Shown here: positions 26,101-41,100 of the stretch, piece after piece | How the letters are laid out: each line of letters starts with the position of its first letter | Position numbering within the stretch: position 1 is the stretch's first letter | NCBI RefSeq assembly: GCF_009914755.1 | Contig: NC_060927.1 | DNA length: 64,000 nt | Direction: 5' to 3' (one strand) | Source of the DNA: the human T2T-CHM13v2.0 reference genome, Homo sapiens | Made by a program: the position numbers and the translations under genes | Notes under the pieces: model-generated | Told to the model about the DNA's origin: nothing | What the model saw: only the letters and a program-made list of their open reading frames with translations | The model's database searches: none

Positions 26101-29100
26101 TTTCTGCGAATGATTCTTTGTAGTTTTTACATGAAGATATTTCGTTGTCAACCGTAGGCTTCAAAGCACTCAAAGTATTCACTTGGAACTTTTACAAAAA
26201 GAGTGTTAGAAAACTGCTCTTTCCAAAGTAAGGTTCAACTCTGTGAGTTGAATGCACACATAACAATCAAGAAGTTTCTGAGAATTCTTCTGTCCTGGTT
26301 TATATGAAGAAATCCCGTTTCCTACGAAGGCCTCAAAGACGTTTAAATATCCACTTGCAGACTTCACAAACAGAGGGTTTCCAAACTGCTCTATGAAAAG
26401 AAAGGTTAAACTCTGTGAGTTGAACGCACACATCACAAAGTAGCTTCTGAGAATGATACTGTCTAGTTTTTATACGAAGATATTTCCTTTCTACCATTGG
26501 CGTCAAAGCGCTAGAATTCTCCACTTGCAAATTCCACAAAAAGAGTGTTTCCAATCTGCTCTGTCTAAAGGAAGGTTCAACTCTGTGAGTTGAATACACA
26601 CACACAAAGAAGCTACTGAGAATTCTTTTGTCAAGAATTACAAGAAGAAATCCCGTTTCCAACGAAGGCCTCAAAGAGTTCCAAATATCCACTTGCACAC
26701 TGCACAAACTAAGTCTTTCCAAACTGCTCTATGCAAAGAAATGTTCAACTCTGTGAGTTTAATACACACATCACAAAGCAGTTTCTGAGAATGATACTGT
26801 CTAGTTTTTATACGAAGATATTTCCTTTTGTACCATTGGCCTCATACTGCTAGAATTTTCCACTTGCAAATTCCACAAAAAGAGAGTTTCCAATCCGCTC
26901 TGTCTAAAGGAAGGTTCAACTCTCTGATTTGAATACATACATCCTAAAAGAAGTTACTGAGAATTCTTCTGTCTAGCATTATGTGAAGAAATCCCGTTTC
27001 CAACGAATGCCTCAAAGAGGTCCAAATATCCAGTTGCAGAATTTACAAACTGACTGTTTCCAAACTCATCTATGAAAAGAAAGGTTAAACTCTGGGAGTT
27101 GAATGCACATATCACAAAGTAGTTCCTGAGAATGATTCTGTCTAGTTTTTATACGAAGATATTTCCTTTTCCACCAATGGCCTCAAAGTGCTTGAAATCT
27201 CCCCTTGCAAATTCCACAGACAAGTGTTTCAAATCTGCACTGTCTAAAGGAAGGTTCAACCCTGTGAGTTGAATACACACACACAGAAAAAAATTCACTG
27301 AGAATTCTATTGTCTATCATTACACGAAGAAATCCCGTTTACTACGAAGGCCTCAAAGAGGTCCAAATATCCAGCTGCAGACATTACAAACTGAGTGTTT
27401 CCAAAGTGCTCTATGAAAAGAAGTGTTAAACACTGTGAGTTCAATGCACACATCCCAAAGCAGTTTCTGAGAATGATTCCGTCTATTTTTTCTACGAAGA
27501 TATTTCCTTTTCTGCCGTTGGCCTCAAAGCGCTTGAAATCTCCACTTGCAAATTCCACAAAAAGAGAGTTTCAAATCTGCTCTGTCTAAAGGAAGGTTCA
27601 ACTCTGTGAGTTGAATACACACCACAAAAAGAAGTTACTGAGAATTCTTCTGTCTAGCATTATATGAAAAATCCCGTTTCCAACGAAGGCCACAAAGAGG
27701 TCCAAATATCCACTTGCAGATTCTGCAAGAAGAGTGTTTCCAAACTGCTCTATGAAAAGAAACGTTAAACTCTGTGAGTTGAACGCAAACATCACAAAGT
27801 AGTTTCTGAGAATGACTCCGTCTAGTTTTTATACGAAGATATTTCCTTTCCTACCATTCACTTCAAAGCGCTTGAAGTCTCCCCCTGAAAATTCCACAAA
27901 AAGTGTTTCCAATCTGCTCCGCCTAAAGGAAGCTTCAACTCTGTGACTTGAATACCCACAACCCAAAGAAGTTACTGAGAATTCTTCTGTCTAGCATTAT
28001 ATGAAGAAATCCCGTTTCCAACGAAGGCCTCAAATACATCCAAATATCCAGTTGCTGACTTTACAAACTGAGTGTTTCCAAACTGCTCTATGAAAAGAAA
28101 GGTTAAACACTGTGAGTTGAACACACACGTACCAAAGTAGTTTCTGAGAATGATTCTGTCTAGTTTGCATACGAAGATATTTCCTTTTCTACCATTGGCC
28201 TCAAAGCTCTGAAATCTCCACTTGCAAATTCCACAAAAAGAGAGTTTCAAATCTGCTGTTTCTAAAGGAAAGTTCAACTCTGAGAGTTGAATACACACCA
28301 GAAAAAGCAGTTACTGAGAAGTCTTCTGTCTAGCATTATATGAAGAAATCCCATTTCCAACGAAGACTTCAAAGAGGTCCAAATATCCACTTGCAGATTC
28401 TGCAAAAAGAGTGTTTCGAAACAACTGTATGAAAAGAAAGGTTAAACACTGTGAGTTGAACGCACACATTGCAAAGCAGTTTCTGAGAATGATTCCGTCT
28501 AATTATTATACGAAGGTATTTCCTTTTCTATCATTGGCCTCAAAGCGCTTGATACCTCCACCTGAAAATTCCACAAAAAGAGTGTTTCCAATCTACTCTG
28601 TCTAAAGGAACGTTCAACTCTGTGAGTTGAATACACACACACAGAAAGAATTCACTGAGAATTCTTCTGTCTGGCATTACGTGAAGAAATCCCGTTTCCA
28701 ACGAAGGCCTCAAAGAGGTCCAAATATCCACTTGCAGATTCTGCAAAAAGAGTGTTTCAAAACCGCTCCATTAAAAGGAATGTTGAACTCTGTGAGTTGA
28801 ATGCAAACATCACAACTCAGTTGCTGAGAATGCTTCTGACTAGATTTTATGGTAAGATATTTCCTTTTCTACCGTAGGCTTCAATGCCCTCTAAATACAC
28901 CCTTGCAAATTCTACAAAGAGACTGTTTCATAACTGCTCTATAGGAAGAAAGGTTCAACTCTGTGAGTTGAATGCAGAGATCACAACGTGGTTTCTGCGA
29001 ATGATTCTTTGTAGTTTTTACATGAAGATATTTCGTTGTCAACCGTAGGCTTCAAAGCACTCAAAGTATTCACTTGGAACTTTTACAAAAAGAGTGTTAG

Positions 29101-32100
29101 AAAACTGCTCTTTCCAAAGTAAGGTTCAACTCTGTGAGTTGAATGCACACATAACAATCAAGAAGTTTCTGAGAATTCTTCTGTCCTGGTTTATATGAAG
29201 AAATCCCGTTTCCTACGAAGGCCTCAAAGACGTTTAAATATCCACTTGCAGACTTCACAAACAGAGGGTTTCCAAACTGCTCTATGAAAAGAAAGGTTAA
29301 ACTCTGTGAGTTGAACGCACACATCACAAAGTAGCTTCTGAGAATGATACTGTCTAGTTTTTATACGAAGATATTTCCTTTCTACCATTGGCGTCAAAGC
29401 GCTAGAATTCTCCACTTGCAAATTCCACAAAAAGAGTGTTTCCAATCTGCTCTGTCTAAAGGAAGGTTCAACTCTGTGAGTTGAATACACACACACAAAG
29501 AAGCTACTGAGAATTCTTTTGTCAAGAATTACAAGAAGAAATCCCGTTTCCAACGAAGGCCTCAAAGAGTTCCAAATATCCACTTGCACACTGCACAAAC
29601 TAAGTCTTTCCAAACTGCTCTATGCAAAGAAATGTTCAACTCTGTGAGTTTAATACGCACATCACAAAGCAGTTTCTGAGAATGATACTGTCTAGTTTTT
29701 ATACGAAGATATTTCCTTTTGTACCATTGGCCTCATACTGCTAGAATTTTCCACTTGCAAATTCCACAAAAAGAGTGTTTCCAATCCGCTCTGTCTAAAG
29801 GAAGGTTCAACACTCTGATTTGAATACATACATCCCAAAAGAAGTTCCTGAGAATTCTTCTGTCTAGCATTATGTGAAGAAATCCCGTTTCCAACGAAAG
29901 CCTCAAAGAGGTCCAAATATCCAGTTGCAGAATTTACAAACTGACTGTTTCCAAACTCATCTATGAAAAGAAAGGTTAAACTCTGGGAGTTGAATGCACA
30001 TATCACAAAGTAGTTCCTGAGAATGATTCTGTCTAGTTTTCATACGAAGATATTTCCTTTTCCACCAATGGCCTCAAAGTGCTTGAAATCTCCCCTTGCA
30101 AATTCCACAGACAAGTGTTTCAAATCTGCACTGTCTAAAGGAAGGTTCAACCCTGTGAGTTGAATACACACACACAGAAAAAAATTCACTGAGAATTCTA
30201 TTGTCTATCATTACACGAAGAAATCCCGTTTACTACGAAGGCCTCAAAGAGGTCCAAATATCCAGCTGCAGACATTACAAACTGAGTGTTTCCAAAGTGC
30301 TCTATGAAAAGAAGTGTTAAACACTGTGAGTTCAATGCACACATCCCAAAGCAGTTTCTGAGAATGATTCCGTCTATTTTTTCTACGAAGATATTTCCTT
30401 TTCTGCCGTTGGCCTCAAAGCGCTTGAAATCTCCACTTGCAAATTCCACAAAAAGAGAGTTTCAAATCTGCTCTGTCTAAAGGAAGGTTCAACTCTGTGA
30501 GTTGAATACACACCACAAAAAGAAGTTACTGAGAATTCTTCTGTCTAGCATTATATGAAAAATCCCGTTTCCAACGAAGGCCACAAAGAGGTCCAAATAT
30601 CCACTTGCAGATTCTGCAAAAAGAGTGTTTCCAAACTGCTCTATGAAAAGAAACGTTAAACTCTGTGAGTTGAACGCAAACATCACAAAGTAGTTTCTGA
30701 GAATGACTCCGTCTAGTTTTTATACGAAGATATTTCCTTTCCTACCATTCACTTCAAAGCGCTTGAAGTCTCCCCCTGAAAATTCCACAAAAAGTGTTTC
30801 CAATCTGCTCTGCCTAAAGGAAGCTTCAACTCTGTGACTTGAATACCCACAACCCAAAGAAGTTACTGAGAATTCTTCTGTCTAGCATTATATGAAGAAA
30901 TCCCGTTTCCAACGAAGGCCTCAAATACATCCAAATATCCAGTTGCTGACTTTACAAACTGAGTGTTTCCAAACTGCTCTATGAAAAGAAAGGTTAAACA
31001 CTGTGAGTTGAACACACACGTACCAAAGTAGTTTCTGAGAATGATTCTGTCTAGTTTGCATACGAAGATATTTCCTTTTCTACCATTGGCCTCAAAGCTC
31101 TGAAATCTCCACTTGCAAATTCCACAAAAAGAGAGTTTCAAATCTGCTGTTTCTAAAGGAAAGTTCAACTCTGAGAGTTGAATACACACCAGAAAAAGCA
31201 GTTACTGAGAAGTCTTCTGTCTAGCATTATATGAAGAAATCCCATTTCCAACGAAGACTTCAAAGAGGTCCAAATATCCACTTGCAGATTCTGCAAAAAG
31301 AGTGTTTCGAAACAACTGTATGAAAAGAAAGGTTAAACACTGTGAGTTGAACGCACACATTGCAAAGCAGTTTCTGAGAATGATTCCGTCTAATTATTAT
31401 ACGAAGGTATTTCCTTTTCTATCATTGGCCTCAAAGCGCTTGATACCTCCACCTGAAAATTCCACAAAAAGAGTGTTTCCAATCTACTCTGTCTAAAGGA
31501 ACGTTCAACTCTGTGAGTTGAATACACACACACAGAAAGAATTCACTGAGAATTCTTCTGTCTGGCATTACATGAAGAAATCCCGTTTCCAACGAAGGCC
31601 TCAAAGAGGTCCAAATATCCACTTGCAGATTCTGCAAAAAGAGTGTTTCAAAACCGCTCCATTAAAAGGAATGTTGAACTCTGTGAGTTGAATGCAAACA
31701 TCACAACTCAGTTGCTGAGAATGCTTCTGACTAGATTTTATGGTAAGATATTTCCTTTTCTACCGTAGGCTTCAATGCCCTCTAAATACACCCTTGCAAA
31801 TTCTACAAAGAGACTGTTTCATAACTGCTCTATAGGAAGAAAGGTTCAACTCTGTGAGTTGAATGCAGAGATCACAACGTGGTTTCTGCGAATGATTCTT
31901 TGTAGTTTTTACATGAAGATATTTCGTTGTCAACCGTAGGCTTCAAAGCACTCAAAGTATTCACTTGGAACTTTTACAAAAAGAGTGTTAGAAAACTGCT
32001 CTTTCCAAAGTAAGGTTCAACTCTGTGAGTTGAATGCACACATAACAATCAAGAAGTTTCTGAGAATTCTTCTGTCCTGGTTTATATGAAGAAATCCCGT

Positions 32101-35100
32101 TTCCAACGAAGGCCTCAAAGACGTTTAAATATCCACTTGCAGACTTCACAAACAGAGGGTTTCCAAACTGCTCTATGAAAAGAAAGGTTAAACTCTGTGA
32201 GTTGAACGCACACATCACAAAGTAGCTTCTGAGAATGATACTGTCTAGTTTTTATACGAAGATATTTCCTTTCTACCATTGGTGTCAAAGCGCTAGAATT
32301 CTCCACTTGCAAATTCCACAAAAAGAGTGTTTCCAATCTGCTCTGTCTAAAGGAAGGTTCAACTCTGTGAGTTGAATACACACACACAAAGAAGCTACTG
32401 AGAATTCTTTTGTCAAGAATTATAAGAAGAAATCCCGTTTCCAACGAAGGCCTCAAAGAGTTCCAAATATCCACTTGCACACTGCACAAACTAAGTCTTT
32501 CCAAACTGCTCTATGCAAAGAAATGTTCAACTCTGTGAGTTTAATACGCACATCACAAAGCAGTTTCTGAGAATGATACTGTCTAGTTTTTATACGAAGA
32601 TATTTCCTTTTGTACCATTGGCCTCATACTGCTAGAATTTTCCACTTGCAAATTCCACAAAAAGAGTGTTTCCAATCCGCTCTGTCTAAAGGAAGGTTCA
32701 ACTCTCTGATTTGAATACATACATCCCAAAAGAAGTTACTGAGAATTCTTCTGGCTAGCATTATGTGAAGAAATCCCGTTTCCAACGAAAGCCTCAAAGA
32801 GGTCCAAATATCCAGTTGCAGAATTTACAAACTGACTGTTTCCAAACTCATCTATGAAAAGAAAGGTTAAACTCTGGGAGTTGAATGCACATATCACAAA
32901 GTAGTTCCTGAGAATGATTCTGTCTAGTTTTTATACGAAGATATTTCCTTTTCCACCAATGGCCTCAAAGTGCTTGAAATCTCCCCTTGCAAATTCCACA
33001 GACAAGTGTTTCAAATCTGCACTGTCTAAAGGAAGGTTCAACCCTGTGAGTTGAATACACACACACAGAAAAAAATTCACTGAGAATTCTATTGTCTATC
33101 ATTACACGAAGAAATCCCGTTTACTACGAAGGCCTCAAAGAGGTCCAAATATCCAGCTGCAGACATTACAAACTGAGTGTTTCCAAAGTGCTCTATGAAA
33201 AGAAGTGTTAAACACTGTGAGTTCAATGCACACATCCCAAAGCAGTTTCTGAGAATGATTCCGTCTATTTTTTCTACGAAGATATTTCCTTTTCTGCCGT
33301 TGGCCTCAAAGCGCTTGAAATCTCCACTTGCAAATTCCACAAAAAGAGAGTTTCAAATCTGCTCTGTCTAAAGGAAGGTTCAACTCTGTGAGTTGAATAC
33401 ACACCACAAAAAGAAGTTACTGAGAATTCTTCTGTCTAGCATTATATGAAAAATCCCGTTTCCAACGAAGGCCACAAAGAGGTCCAAATATCCACTTGCA
33501 GATTCTGCAAAAAGAGTGTTTCCAAACTGCTCTATGAAAAGAAACGTTAAACTCTGTGAGTTGAACGCAAACATCACAAAGTAGTTTCTGAGAATGACTC
33601 CGTCTAGTTTTTATACGAAGATATTTCCTTTCCTACCATTCACTTCAAAGCGCTTGAAGTCTCCCCCTGAAAATTCCACAAAAAGTGTTTCCAATCTGCT
33701 CCGCCTAAAGGAAGCTTCAACTCTGTGACTTGAATACCCACAACCCAAAGAAGTTACTGAGAATTCTTCTGTCTAGCATTATATGAAGAAATCCCGTTTC
33801 CAACGAAGGCCTCAAATACATCCAAATATCCAGTTGCTGACTTTACAAACTGAGTGTTTCCAAACTGCTCTATGAAAAGAAAGGTTAAACACTGTGAGTT
33901 GAACACACACGTACCAAAGTAGTTTCTGAGAATGATTCTGTCTAGTTTGCATACGAAGATATTTCCTTTTCTACCATTGGCCTCAAAGCTCTGAAATCTC
34001 CACTTGCAAATTCCACAAAAAGAGAGTTTCAAATCTGCTGTTTCTAAAGGAAAGTTCAACTCTGAGAGTTGAATACACACCAGAAAAAGCAGTTACTGAG
34101 AAGTCTTCTGTCTAGCATTATATGAAGAAATCCCATTTCCAACGAAGACTTCAAAGAGGTCCAAATATCCACTTGCAGATTCTGCAAAAAGAGTGTTTCG
34201 AAACAACTGTATGAAAAGAAAGGTTAAACACTGTGAGTTGAACGCACACATTGCAAAGCGGTTTCTGAGAATGATTCCGTCTAATTATTATACGAAGGTA
34301 TTTCCTTTTCTATCATTGGCCTCAAAGCGCTTGATACCTCCACCTGAAAATTCCACAAAAAGAGTGTTTCCAATCTACTCTGTCTAAAGGAACGTTCAAC
34401 TCTGTGAGTTGAATACACACACACAGAAAGAATTCACTGAGAATTCTTCTGTCTGGCATTACGTGAAGAAATCCCGTTTCCAACGAAGGCCTCAAAGAGG
34501 TCCAAATATCCACTTGCAGATTCTGCAAAAAGAGTGTTTCAAAACCGCTCCATTAAAAGGAATGTTGAACTCTGTGAGTTGAATGCAAACATCACAACTC
34601 AGTTTCTGAGAATGCTTCTGACTAGATTTTATGGTAAGATATTTCCTTTTCTACCGTAGGCTTCAATGCCCTCTAAATACACCCTTGCAAATTCTACAAA
34701 GAGACTGTTTCATAACTGCTCTATAGGAAGAAAGGTTCAACTCTGTGAGTTGAATGCAGAGATCACAACGTGGTTTCTGCGAATGATTCTTTGTAGTTTT
34801 TACATGAAGATATTTCGTTGTCAACCGTAGGCTTCAAAGCACTCAAAGTATTCACTTGGAACTTTTACAAAAAGAGTGTTAGAAAACTGCTCTTTCCAAA
34901 GTAAGGTTCAACTCTGTGAGTTGAATGCACACATAACAATCAAGAAGTTTCTGAGAATTCTTCTGTCCTGGTTTATATGAAGAAATCCCGTTTCCTACGA
35001 AGGCCTCAAAGACGTTTAAATATCCACTTGCAGACTTCACAAACAGAGGGTTTCCAAACTGCTCTATGAAAAGAAAGGTTAAACTCTGTGAGTTGAACGC

Positions 35101-38100
35101 ACACATCACAAAGTAGCTTCTGAGAATGATACTGTCTAGTTTTTATACGAAGATATTTCCTTTCTACCATTGGCGTCAAAGCGCTAGAATTCTCCACTTG
35201 CAAATTCCACAAAAAGAGTGTTTCCAATCTGCTCTGTCTAAAGGAAGGTTCAACTCTGTGAGTTGAATACACACACACAAAGAAGCTACTGAGAATTCTT
35301 TTGTCAAGAATTACAAGAAGAAATCCCGTTTCCAACGAAGGCCTCAAAGAGTTCCAAATATCCACTTGCACACTGCACAAACTAAGTCTTTCCAAACTGC
35401 TCTATGCAAAGAAATGTTCAACTCTGTGAGTTTAATACACACATCACAAAGCAGTTTCTGAGAATGATACTGTCTAGTTTTTATACGAAGATATTTCCTT
35501 TTGTACCATTGGCCTCATACTGCTAGAATTTTCCACTTGCAAATTCCACAAAAAGAGAGTTTCCAATCCGCTCTGTCTAAAGGAAGGTTCAACTCTCTGA
35601 TTTGAATACATACATCCTAAAAGAAGTTACTGAGAATTCTTCTGTCTAGCATTATGTGAAGAAATCCCGTTTCCAACGAATGCCTCAAAGAGGTCCAAAT
35701 ATCCAGTTGCAGAATTTACAAACTGACTGTTTCCAAACTCATCTATGAAAAGAAAGGTTAAACTCTGGGAGTTGAATGCACATATCACAAAGTAGTTCCT
35801 GAGAATGATTCTGTCTAGTTTTTATACGAAGATATTTCCTTTTCCACCAATGGCCTCAAAGTGCTTGAAATCTCCCCTTGCAAATTCCACAGACAAGTGT
35901 TTCAAATCTGCACTGTCTAAAGGAAGGTTCAACCCTGTGAGTTGAATACACACACACAGAAAAAAATTCACTGAGAATTCTATTGTCTATCATTACACGA
36001 AGAAATCCCGTTTACTACGAAGGCCTCAAAGAGGTCCAAATATCCAGCTGCAGACATTACAAACTGAGTGTTTCCAAAGTGCTCTATGAAAAGAAGTGTT
36101 AAACACTGTGAGTTCAATGCACACATCCCAAAGCAGTTTCTGAGAATGATTCCGTCTATTTTTTCTACGAAGATATTTCCTTTTCTGCCGTTGGCCTCAA
36201 AGCGCTTGAAATCTCCACTTGCAAATTCCACAAAAAGAGAGTTTCAAATCTGCTCTGTCTAAAGGAAGGTTCAACTCTGTGAGTTGAATACACACCACAA
36301 AAAGAAGTTACTGAGAATTCTTCTGTCTAGCATTATATGAAAAATCCCGTTTCCAACGAAGGCCACAAAGAGGTCCAAATATCCACTTGCAGATTCTGCA
36401 AGAAGAGTGTTTCCAAACTGCTCTATGAAAAGAAACGTTAAACTCTGTGAGTTGAACGCAAACATCACAAAGTAGTTTCTGAGAATGACTCCGTCTAGTT
36501 TTTATACGAAGATATTTCCTTTCCTACCATTCACTTCAAAGCGCTTGAAGTCTCCCCCTGAAAATTCCACAAAAAGTGTTTCCAATCTGCTCCGCCTAAA
36601 GGAAGCTTCAACTCTGTGACTTGAATACCCACAACCCAAAGAAGTTACTGAGAATTCTTCTGTCTAGCATTATATGAAGAAATCCCGTTTCCAACGAAGG
36701 CCTCAAATACATCCAAATATCCAGTTGCTGACTTTACAAACTGAGTGTTTCCAAACTGCTCTATGAAAAGAAAGGTTAAACACTGTGAGTTGAACACACA
36801 CGTACCAAAGTAGTTTCTGAGAATGATTCTGTCTAGTTTGCATACGAAGATATTTCCTTTTCTACCATTGGCCTCAAAGCTCTGAAATCTCCACTTGCAA
36901 ATTCCACAAAAAGAGAGTTTCAAATCTGCTGTTTCTAAAGGAAAGTTCAACTCTGAGAGTTGAATACACACCAGAAAAAGCAGTTACTGAGAAGTCTTCT
37001 GTCTAGCATTATATGAAGAAATCCCATTTCCAACGAAGACTTCAAAGAGGTCCAAATATCCACTTGCAGATTCTGCAAAAAGAGTGTTTCGAAACAACTG
37101 TATGAAAAGAAAGGTTAAACACTGTGAGTTGAACGCACACATTGCAAAGCAGTTTCTGAGAATGATTCCGTCTAATTATTATACGAAGGTATTTCCTTTT
37201 CTATCATTGGCCTCAAAGCGCTTGATACCTCCACCTGAAAATTCCACAAAAAGAGTGTTTCCAATCTACTCTGTCTAAAGGAACGTTCAACTCTGTGAGT
37301 TGAATACACACACACAGAAAGAATTCACTGAGAATTCTTCTGTCTGGCATTACGTGAAGAAATCCCGTTTCCAACGAAGGCCTCAAAGAGGTCCAAATAT
37401 CCACTTGCAGATTCTGCAAAAAGAGTGTTTCAAAACCGCTCCATTAAAAGGAATGTTGAACTCTGTGAGTTGAATGCAAACATCACAACTCAGTTGCTGA
37501 GAATGCTTCTGACTAGATTTTATGGTAAGATATTTCCTTTTCTACCGTAGGCTTCAATGCCCTCTAAATACACCCTTGCAAATTCTACAAAGAGACTGTT
37601 TCATAACTGCTCTATAGGAAGAAAGGTTCAACTCTGTGAGTTGAATGCAGAGATCACAACGTGGTTTCTGCGAATGATTCTTTGTAGTTTTTACATGAAG
37701 ATATTTCGTTGTCAACCGTAGGCTTCAAAGCACTCAAAGTATTCACTTGGAACTTTTACAAAAAGAGTGTTAGAAAACTGCTCTTTCCAAAGTAAGGTTC
37801 AACTCTGTGAGTTGAATGCACACATAACAATCAAGAAGTTTCTGAGAATTCTTCTGTCCTGGTTTATATGAAGAAATCCCGTTTCCTACGAAGGCCTCAA
37901 AGACGTTTAAATATCCACTTGCAGACTTCACAAACAGAGGGTTTCCAAACTGCTCTATGAAAAGAAAGGTTAAACTCTGTGAGTTGAACGCACACATCAC
38001 AAAGTAGCTTCTGAGAATGATACTGTCTAGTTTTTATACGAAGATATTTCCTTTCTACCATTGGCGTCAAAGCGCTAGAATTCTCCACTTGCAAATTCCA

Positions 38101-41100
38101 CAAAAAGAGTGTTTCCAATCTGCTCTGTCTAAAGGAAGGTTCAACTCTGTGAGTTGAATACACACACACAAAGAAGCTACTGAGAATTCTTTTGTCAAGA
38201 ATTACAAGAAGAAATCCCGTTTCCAACGAAGGCCTCAAAGAGTTCCAAATATCCACTTGCACACTGCACAAACTAAGTCTTTCCAAACTGCTCTATGCAA
38301 AGAAATGTTCAACTCTGTGAGTTTAATACGCACATCACAAAGCAGTTTCTGAGAATGATACTGTCTAGTTTTTATACGAAGATATTTCCTTTTGTACCAT
38401 TGGCCTCATACTGCTAGAATTTTCCACTTGCAAATTCCACAAAAAGAGTGTTTCCAATCCGCTCTGTCTAAAGGAAGGTTCAACTCTCTGATTTGAATAC
38501 ATACATCCCAAAAGAAGTTACTGAGAATTCTTCTGTCTAGCATTATGTGAAGAAATCCCGTTTCCAACGAAAGCCTCAAAGAGGTCCAAATATCCAGTTG
38601 CAGAATTTACAAACTGACTGTTTCCAAACTCATCTATGAAAAGAAAGGTTGAACTCTGGGAGTTGAATGCACATATCACAAAGTAGTTCCTGAGAATGAT
38701 TCTGTCTAGTTTTCATACGAAGATATTTCCTTTTCCACCAATGGCCTCAAAGTGCTTGAAATCTCCCCTTGCAAATTCCACAGACAAGTGTTTCAAATCT
38801 GCACTGTCTAAAGGAAGGTTCAACCCTGTGAGTTGAATACACACACACAGAAAAAAATTCACTGAGAATTCTATTGTCTATCATTACACGAAGAAATCCC
38901 GTTTACTACGAAGGCCTCAAAGAGGTCCAAATATCCAGCTGCAGACATTACAAACTGAGTGTTTCCAAAGTGCTCTATGAAAAGAAGTGTTAAACACTGT
39001 GAGTTCAATGCACACATCCCAAAGCAGTTTCTGAGAATGATTCCGTCTATTTTTTCTACGAAGATATTTCCTTTTCTGCCGTTGGCCTCAAAGCGCTTGA
39101 AATCTCCACTTGCAAATTCCACAAAAAGAGAGTTTCAAATCTGCTCTGTCTAAAGGAAGGTTCAACTCTGTGAGTTGAATACACACCACAAAAAGAAGTT
39201 ACTGAGAATTCTTCTGTCTAGCATTATATGAAAAATCCCGTTTCCAACGAAGGCCACAAAGAGGTCCAAATATCCACTTGCAGATTCTGCAAGAAGAGTG
39301 TTTCCAAACTGCTCTATGAAAAGAAACGTTAAACTCTGTGAGTTGAACGCAAACATCACAAAGTAGTTTCTGAGAATGACTCCGTCTAGTTTTTATACGA
39401 AGATATTTCCTTTCCTACCATTCACTTCAAAGCGCTTGAAGTCTCCCCCTGAAAATTCCACAAAAAGTGTTTCCAATCTGCTCCGCCTAAAGGAAGCTTC
39501 AACTCTGTGACTTGAATACCCACAACCCAAAGAAGTTACTGAGAATTCTTCTGTCTAGCATTATATGAAGAAATCCCGTTTCCAACGAAGGCCTCAAATA
39601 CATCCAAATATCCAGTTGCTGACTTTACAAACTGAGTGTTTCCAAACTGCTCTATGAAAAGAAAGGTTAAACACTGTGAGTTGAACACACACGTACCAAA
39701 GTAGTTTCTGAGAATGATTCTGTCTAGTTTGCATACGAAGATATTTCCTTTTCTACCATTGGCCTCAAAGCTCTGAAATCTCCACTTGCAAATTCCACAA
39801 AAAGAGAGTTTCAAATCTGCTGTTTCTAAAGGAAAGTTCAACTCTGAGAGTTGAATACACACCAGAAAAAGCAGTTACTGAGAAGTCTTCTGTCTAGCAT
39901 TATATGAAGAAATCCCATTTCCAACGAAGACTTCAAAGAGGTCCAAATATCCACTTGCAGATTCTGCAAAAAGAGTGTTTCGAAACAACTGTATGAAAAG
40001 AAAGGTTAAACACTGTGAGTTGAACGCACACATTGCAAAGCGGTTTCTGAGAATGATTCCGTCTAATTATTATACGAAGGTATTTCCTTTTCTATCATTG
40101 GCCTCAAAGCGCTTGATACCTCCACCTGAAAATTCCACAAAAAGAGTGTTTCCAATCTACTCTGTCTAAAGGAACGTTCAACTCTGTGAGTTGAATACAC
40201 ACACACAGAAAGAATTCACTGAGAATTCTTCTGTCTGGCATTACGTGAAGAAATCCCGTTTCCAACGAAGGCCTCAAAGAGGTCCAAATATCCACTTGCA
40301 GATTCTGCAAAAAGAGTGTTTCAAAACCGCTCCATTAAAAGGAATGTTGAACTCTGTGAGTTGAATGCAAACATCACAACTCAGTTTCTGAGAATGCTTC
40401 TGACTAGATTTTATGGTAAGATATTTCCTTTTCTACCGTAGGCTTCAATGCCCTCTAAATACACCCTTGCAAATTCTACAAAGAGACTGTTTCATAACTG
40501 CTCTATAGGAAGAAAGGTTCAACTCTGTGAGTTGAATGCAGAGATCACAACGTGGTTTCTGCGAATGATTCTTTGTAGTTTTTACATGAAGATATTTCGT
40601 TGTCAACCGTAGGCTTCAAAGCACTCAAAGTATTCACTTGGAACTTTTACAAAAAGAGTGTTAGAAAACTGCTCTTTCCAAAGTAAGGTTCAACTCTGTG
40701 AGTTGAATGCACACATAACAATCAAGAAGTTTCTGAGAATTCTTCTGTCCTGGTTTATATGAAGAAATCCCGTTTCCTACGAAGGCCTCAAAGACGTTTA
40801 AATATCCACTTGCAGACTTCACAAACAGAGGGTTTCCAAACTGCTCTATGAAAAGAAAGGTTAAACTCTGTGAGTTGAACGCACACATCACAAAGTAGCT
40901 TCTGAGAATGATACTGTCTAGTTTTTATACGAAGATATTTCCTTTCTACCATTGGCGTCAAAGCGCTAGAATTCTCCACTTGCAAATTCCACAAAAAGAG
41001 TGTTTCCAATCTGCTCTGTCTAAAGGAAGGTTCAACTCTGTGAGTTGAATACACACACACAAAGAAGCTACTGAGAATTCTTTTGTCAAGAATTACAAGA

